Assembly (NCBI GenBank): GCA_030264375.1
Contig: JASCQW010000072.1
Span: 65,521,992 to 65,585,991, forward strand
Length of the DNA stretch: 64,000 nt
Reading direction: 5' to 3'
Origin: Carcharhinus longimanus
Taxonomy: Eukaryota
The notes beneath the pieces are model-generated. The model saw nothing but the letters and a program-made list of their open reading frames with translations. It was not told the origin of the DNA and ran no database searches. This document shows, in pieces, positions 60,346-64,000 of the stretch; position 1 is the first letter of the stretch, and every line of letters begins with the position of its first letter. A program made the translations under genes and the position numbers.

Positions 60346-61099
60346 NNNNNNNNNNNNNNNNNNNNNNNNNNNNNNNNNNNNNNNNNNNNNNNNNNNNNNN
60401 NNNNNNNNNNNNNNNNNNNNNNNNNNNNNNNNNNNNNNNNNNNNNNNNNNNNNNNNNNNNNNNNNNNNNNNNNNNNNNNNNNNNNNNNNNNNNNNNNNNN
60501 NNNNNNNNNNNNNNNNNNNNNNNNNNNAAACTAAGTGAAAATATAGATTTTGATCTTGAGGATTTTGATATTGACACTGAGGATGTAGAGAATCATTAGT
60601 AGAAATCATAGAATAAAAATTGTAAATCTAATTAAACTATAGTCAAACCAAATGAAACAAAGCAAATGAAAGTGACTTAATTGTGAAAACAAATATTCTT
60701 TTGACAAATAATGATTTTGTGTACAATCATTTTGTGTTAATTTAGATATTTCATATTTCGTATTATTTCACATTTCATATTTGTGGGATTAAAACTATTA
60801 ATTATCTAAGAGAAGATAATTAAGGAATTGTTGAATGAAATCTGTTGTACATAAAAACAAATGAATAAATCACTTCACGAAACATTTCCGTTGTCTGATT
60901 TTCAGTGTTAACATTTATCTCAATTAGCATAGATGCTCTTGGAGTGAAGAACTCAATTTAAAATTTCATAAAAAATGTCTTCATCTTATTACTAATCTTC
61001 ATCTCTTTATTTCCCAGACATATGGATAGCCCTGTCTATAGAATACAAATATAAAATATAAAATCTTCAGAGGAAGAATGTTTTACCAGACATGCTCAG

Positions 61100-62630
61100 A
61101 AAGGAAAAGAAAAACATTTAGTAAACTTAATGGGCCCAAATAAAACGGAAGTGAAATGGGATTCCACACCTGGAGTGCTTTGGTTTGGAGAACTTACCTG
61201 GTCTGAACTGGAGAAAAAATTGCTCATAAAATTTCTGTTGATTTCTCTCAATCGATCAGTGAAACTTTGGCAGAAAATTGGCAGACAAATTGCAAATCCG
61301 TCCTTCCTGATAATCTGCAAGGTTATTGTAGGAAATAAGAAGATGGAAAGGCTATATCTTTATTTCTTTCCTCTATTAGGATAAACACTGTACCTTAAGC
61401 ATATTTTACCAGAAAATAAAGATCTCTAAAAAAAAATTTGGTTTATCAAACCTATTTCTTGCATTGAATATATTATATTGTCTCGTACTATTAGTTTTAA
61501 TTAAATAGAATTAAATTCCCAGTTATCTAATTAAAATTATCTATAAATAAGTCTTTATTGCATTTCTTCCTAAACTCTTAAGTAAGTTCATAAATTTTTG
61601 CTTTCTCAAACTACATAATCCACATTATCAACCCTGAACAGATACTTACTGAATGGATCTGCACACCCAACACTTCACTCATCTCCAAGCTCCTGGGCAT
61701 GGCCATTGCGCCTGGTCTCTGCGAGTAGTACTGGTGATTCTCGTCAGTCTCCTGCCAAAAGGTTGGAAGATTCTGGGAGCTGGGAGAATTCGGCAGTGAA
61801 CAGGTTGTGCATATTTAAATGCTACTTTAAATATACTAATTATCTTTCAGTCTCTCTGGACACAGCGTGGTTTGCATCATTAGAAAGAGACTAGGACGAC
61901 TGCAAACCATTTGGCATCAAGCACGATTTTAAGCCCCAAAGCTGTTTTACAGGATCAGAACAATCTGCGCCAGGCGTGGTGAGGTCTGAAAATCGCCCCC
62001 AAGATTCAGCCACTTTGAGGAGAAAGATTTGAGATCAATCAGCAAATGTATTTGTCTCCAAAGAGACTGCATAGTTAGTGCTGGAGCCAAAAGCTGAACT
62101 GAATGTTTGAAAGCCTTTGCTTGAATAATTTATACAAAATATGTTGAAAGATAGGCACTGACTCTGACAATCTGCTCTCTTCACATTTTCTGAATGGCAA
62201 TGTTGTATAGCTACTGTATTTCAGGAGCTGGTGAAAAGGAAAACTTGATGATTCATCTTGAATTCCAGCAAATCTTAGTGAAACAACATTTTGGTGATGG
62301 ATGGAATGGAGTACAAAACTCTTGGTGAGAAAACTGCTTTTTCTCATGGTACTTGTAGGAGATATTGCATCACACTACTGAAGTCAACCACTATCACTGC
62401 TCCGTATGCAGTGACCTACCGGGAAAAGGNNNNNNNNNNNNNNNNNNNNNNNNNNNNNNNNNNNNNNNNNNNNNNNNNNNNNNNNNNNNNNNNNNNNNNN
62501 NNNNNNNNNNNNNNNNNNNNNNNNNNNNNNNNNNNNNNNNNNNNNNNNNNNNNNNNNNNNNNNNNNNNNNNNNNNNNNNNNNNNNNNNNNNNNNNNNNNN
62601 NNNNNNNNNNNNNNNNNCTTTGCACCCTTC
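61100..62630 (+). pseudogene. Probable piggyBac (PGBD4-like) transposase remnant with internal deletion
   Basis: F..LPGLN, VDFSQSISETLAENWQTN, LLG*TL..IWFIKPI..LSRT, GTDSDNLLS, HLEFQQILV, C-terminal CRRYC..YHCSVCSDLPG. Confidence 0.5.
61680..62000 (-). mobile_element. Harbinger terminal fragment inside the piggyBac-like remnant
   Basis: aatctgcgccaggcgtggtgaggtctgaaaatcgccccc is the reverse-complement homologue of 50602-50645. Confidence 0.7.
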
Positions 62631-62759
62631 CTGGGAGTGAGGCTCATCATATCAGCTTCACAGTTCTGGAAGTATTGCGAGAAGTGAGAAACCAGGCTTT
62701 CTCGCCTGATCTTACCAGCTCACCACACCAATTGACCTGCGTGATGAACCAATAAGATC

Positions 62760-63230
62760 ACCCCCCCAAAGAGAAAGCAGGTAGAGATAGTAGAGGAGCA
62801 CAGAACTTGTATGTGGTGAAGTCAGCAAAGCTCTATGAGAAGGTTAGTCAGTAAGATTGACATTACTTGAGTGAGAAGATTTAATAGACATGAATTATCT
62901 AACCATGTCAGGGATCTCGGGTGGAACATGCGAATTGGTGAATTCAGCTCCAGAGTTCAACCAACTGAATTGAAAAGATTGTAGGCGTGCCCAAGCTGCC
63001 TCATTTGTGTGGGACATGTGGATGATTGTGGTTGTGTAAGATGCATATATCTTCTAACAACTATTTAAAGTGAAATTTGCCTTTCAATTTACTTGTTAAT
63101 TTGTGTGGTTTCTGATTCATGTTAAAGTAAAAGTTACAAAAAAATGAAATCTTGTTGGCAATTTCTTCATCTGGGGGTTGCTGAGTAAATTTGGTTATTT
63201 TAGTTTATGGTTAACCCACAGGGATCATAG
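62760..63230 (+). mobile_element. Possible solo LTR
   Basis: agtaaa signal and an end resembling ...cacagggatcata; no partner LTR in the window. Confidence 0.3.
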
Positions 63231-63479
63231 TTCTCTCCTGACCAGGATTCCAAACTTTGGCAATGAATATTCAAGCAATGTCTATGTTATTTACTCAAAG
63301 ATAACAAACATGAGGCTCTTGGATGGGCCATGGAATATTGTTAAATAATGGATTAAACATGCTGACTGTAGATAAGGATTTGGAACTTGCCCATGACTGA
63401 AACACACTGGAATGTTTGTGGAGGTGGTTTTGGTGTGGTCATGGGGGAGGGGGGAAGGTTTGTTTGGACAGAGGAGTAG

Positions 63480-64000
63480 ATGATCCATTCACACAAAGGT
63501 TGCAAAAGACATAGGGACAATAGTGGCAGTTTCCTTTGGATCCACAGTATCACAGGGAGACGAAGCAATGGCTGCAGAGCAGACAAGCTCTGCATGATGC
63601 CCTTTGCCAAGTTGGGGCCAGCCTCCTCCATGTTCCAGCCAATGCATGCAGCATCTCAATGTGCATGCCCATGAGTGATCACCTGCATACCACCCACTGA
63701 GTTTCTTATTTGAGTGCTGTGCAGTAGACCAAACCTGTCACCTCCCAACCCACCATCCTGTTCCCTCCTCCTACTGCCTCCTGCTGTTCCCATCCTCCTC
63801 CTGGGGCTCCTGTGGCTAGGAAGGTGATAGCTATGAATGTTTTGTTGTGTGATTGTGGTCTACATTGGGCCTAGAGTCTCCAATGTATGTTGCTCGAATT
63901 AGTGGGTTTCAAAACAATAGCTGTTTATTCCTAGCAAATTTTTACACATGTGGACCTCTACAGAAAGCTGGAGCTCCTCCTCATTCCAGGATTTTCCTGC
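63480..64000 (-). pseudogene. Possible Harbinger partner-gene fragment
   Basis: MEEAGPNLAKGIMQSL resembles AEGIAQSL at ~26075. Confidence 0.3.

Noticed and set aside
61198-61314. Minus-strand 117-nt segment with good splice sites (IIRKDGFAICLPIFCQ...)
   Set aside because: It lies antisense to the piggyBac-like relic, its phase does not join the next candidate exon, and the peptide is unrecognised

Overview
This is eukaryotic, vertebrate DNA from a gappy draft scaffold with many N-runs. The repeat content (HE1/V-type tRNA SINEs, CR1/HER1-type LINEs, Rex1/Babar and Penelope fragments) points to a shark or other elasmobranch. I found no intact, identifiable protein-coding gene, rRNA, tRNA or CRISPR array. 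The window is mostly decayed, often nested mobile elements. (1) There are at least six PIF/Harbinger remnants. Three show the convergent transposase + Myb/SANT-partner layout, and one (44972-49421) has exact ends and a GTT target-site duplication. Two Harbinger-type MITE families are also present. (2) A fragmented Helitron (5' end, HUH Rep motifs, Pif1 C-terminal motif) spans ~54.1-60.3 kb. (3) There is a probable piggyBac remnant, a Gypsy integrase/LTR remnant, and many CR1, Rex1 and L2 fragments. (4) Three Penelope terminal repeats carry minimal hammerhead ribozyme motifs. The few unique AT-rich islands look like conserved non-coding enhancers, though four of them could be joined into an in-phase minus-strand exon chain. 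All family calls come from motif recognition by eye, with no database searches. Boundaries are approximate unless a TSD is cited.
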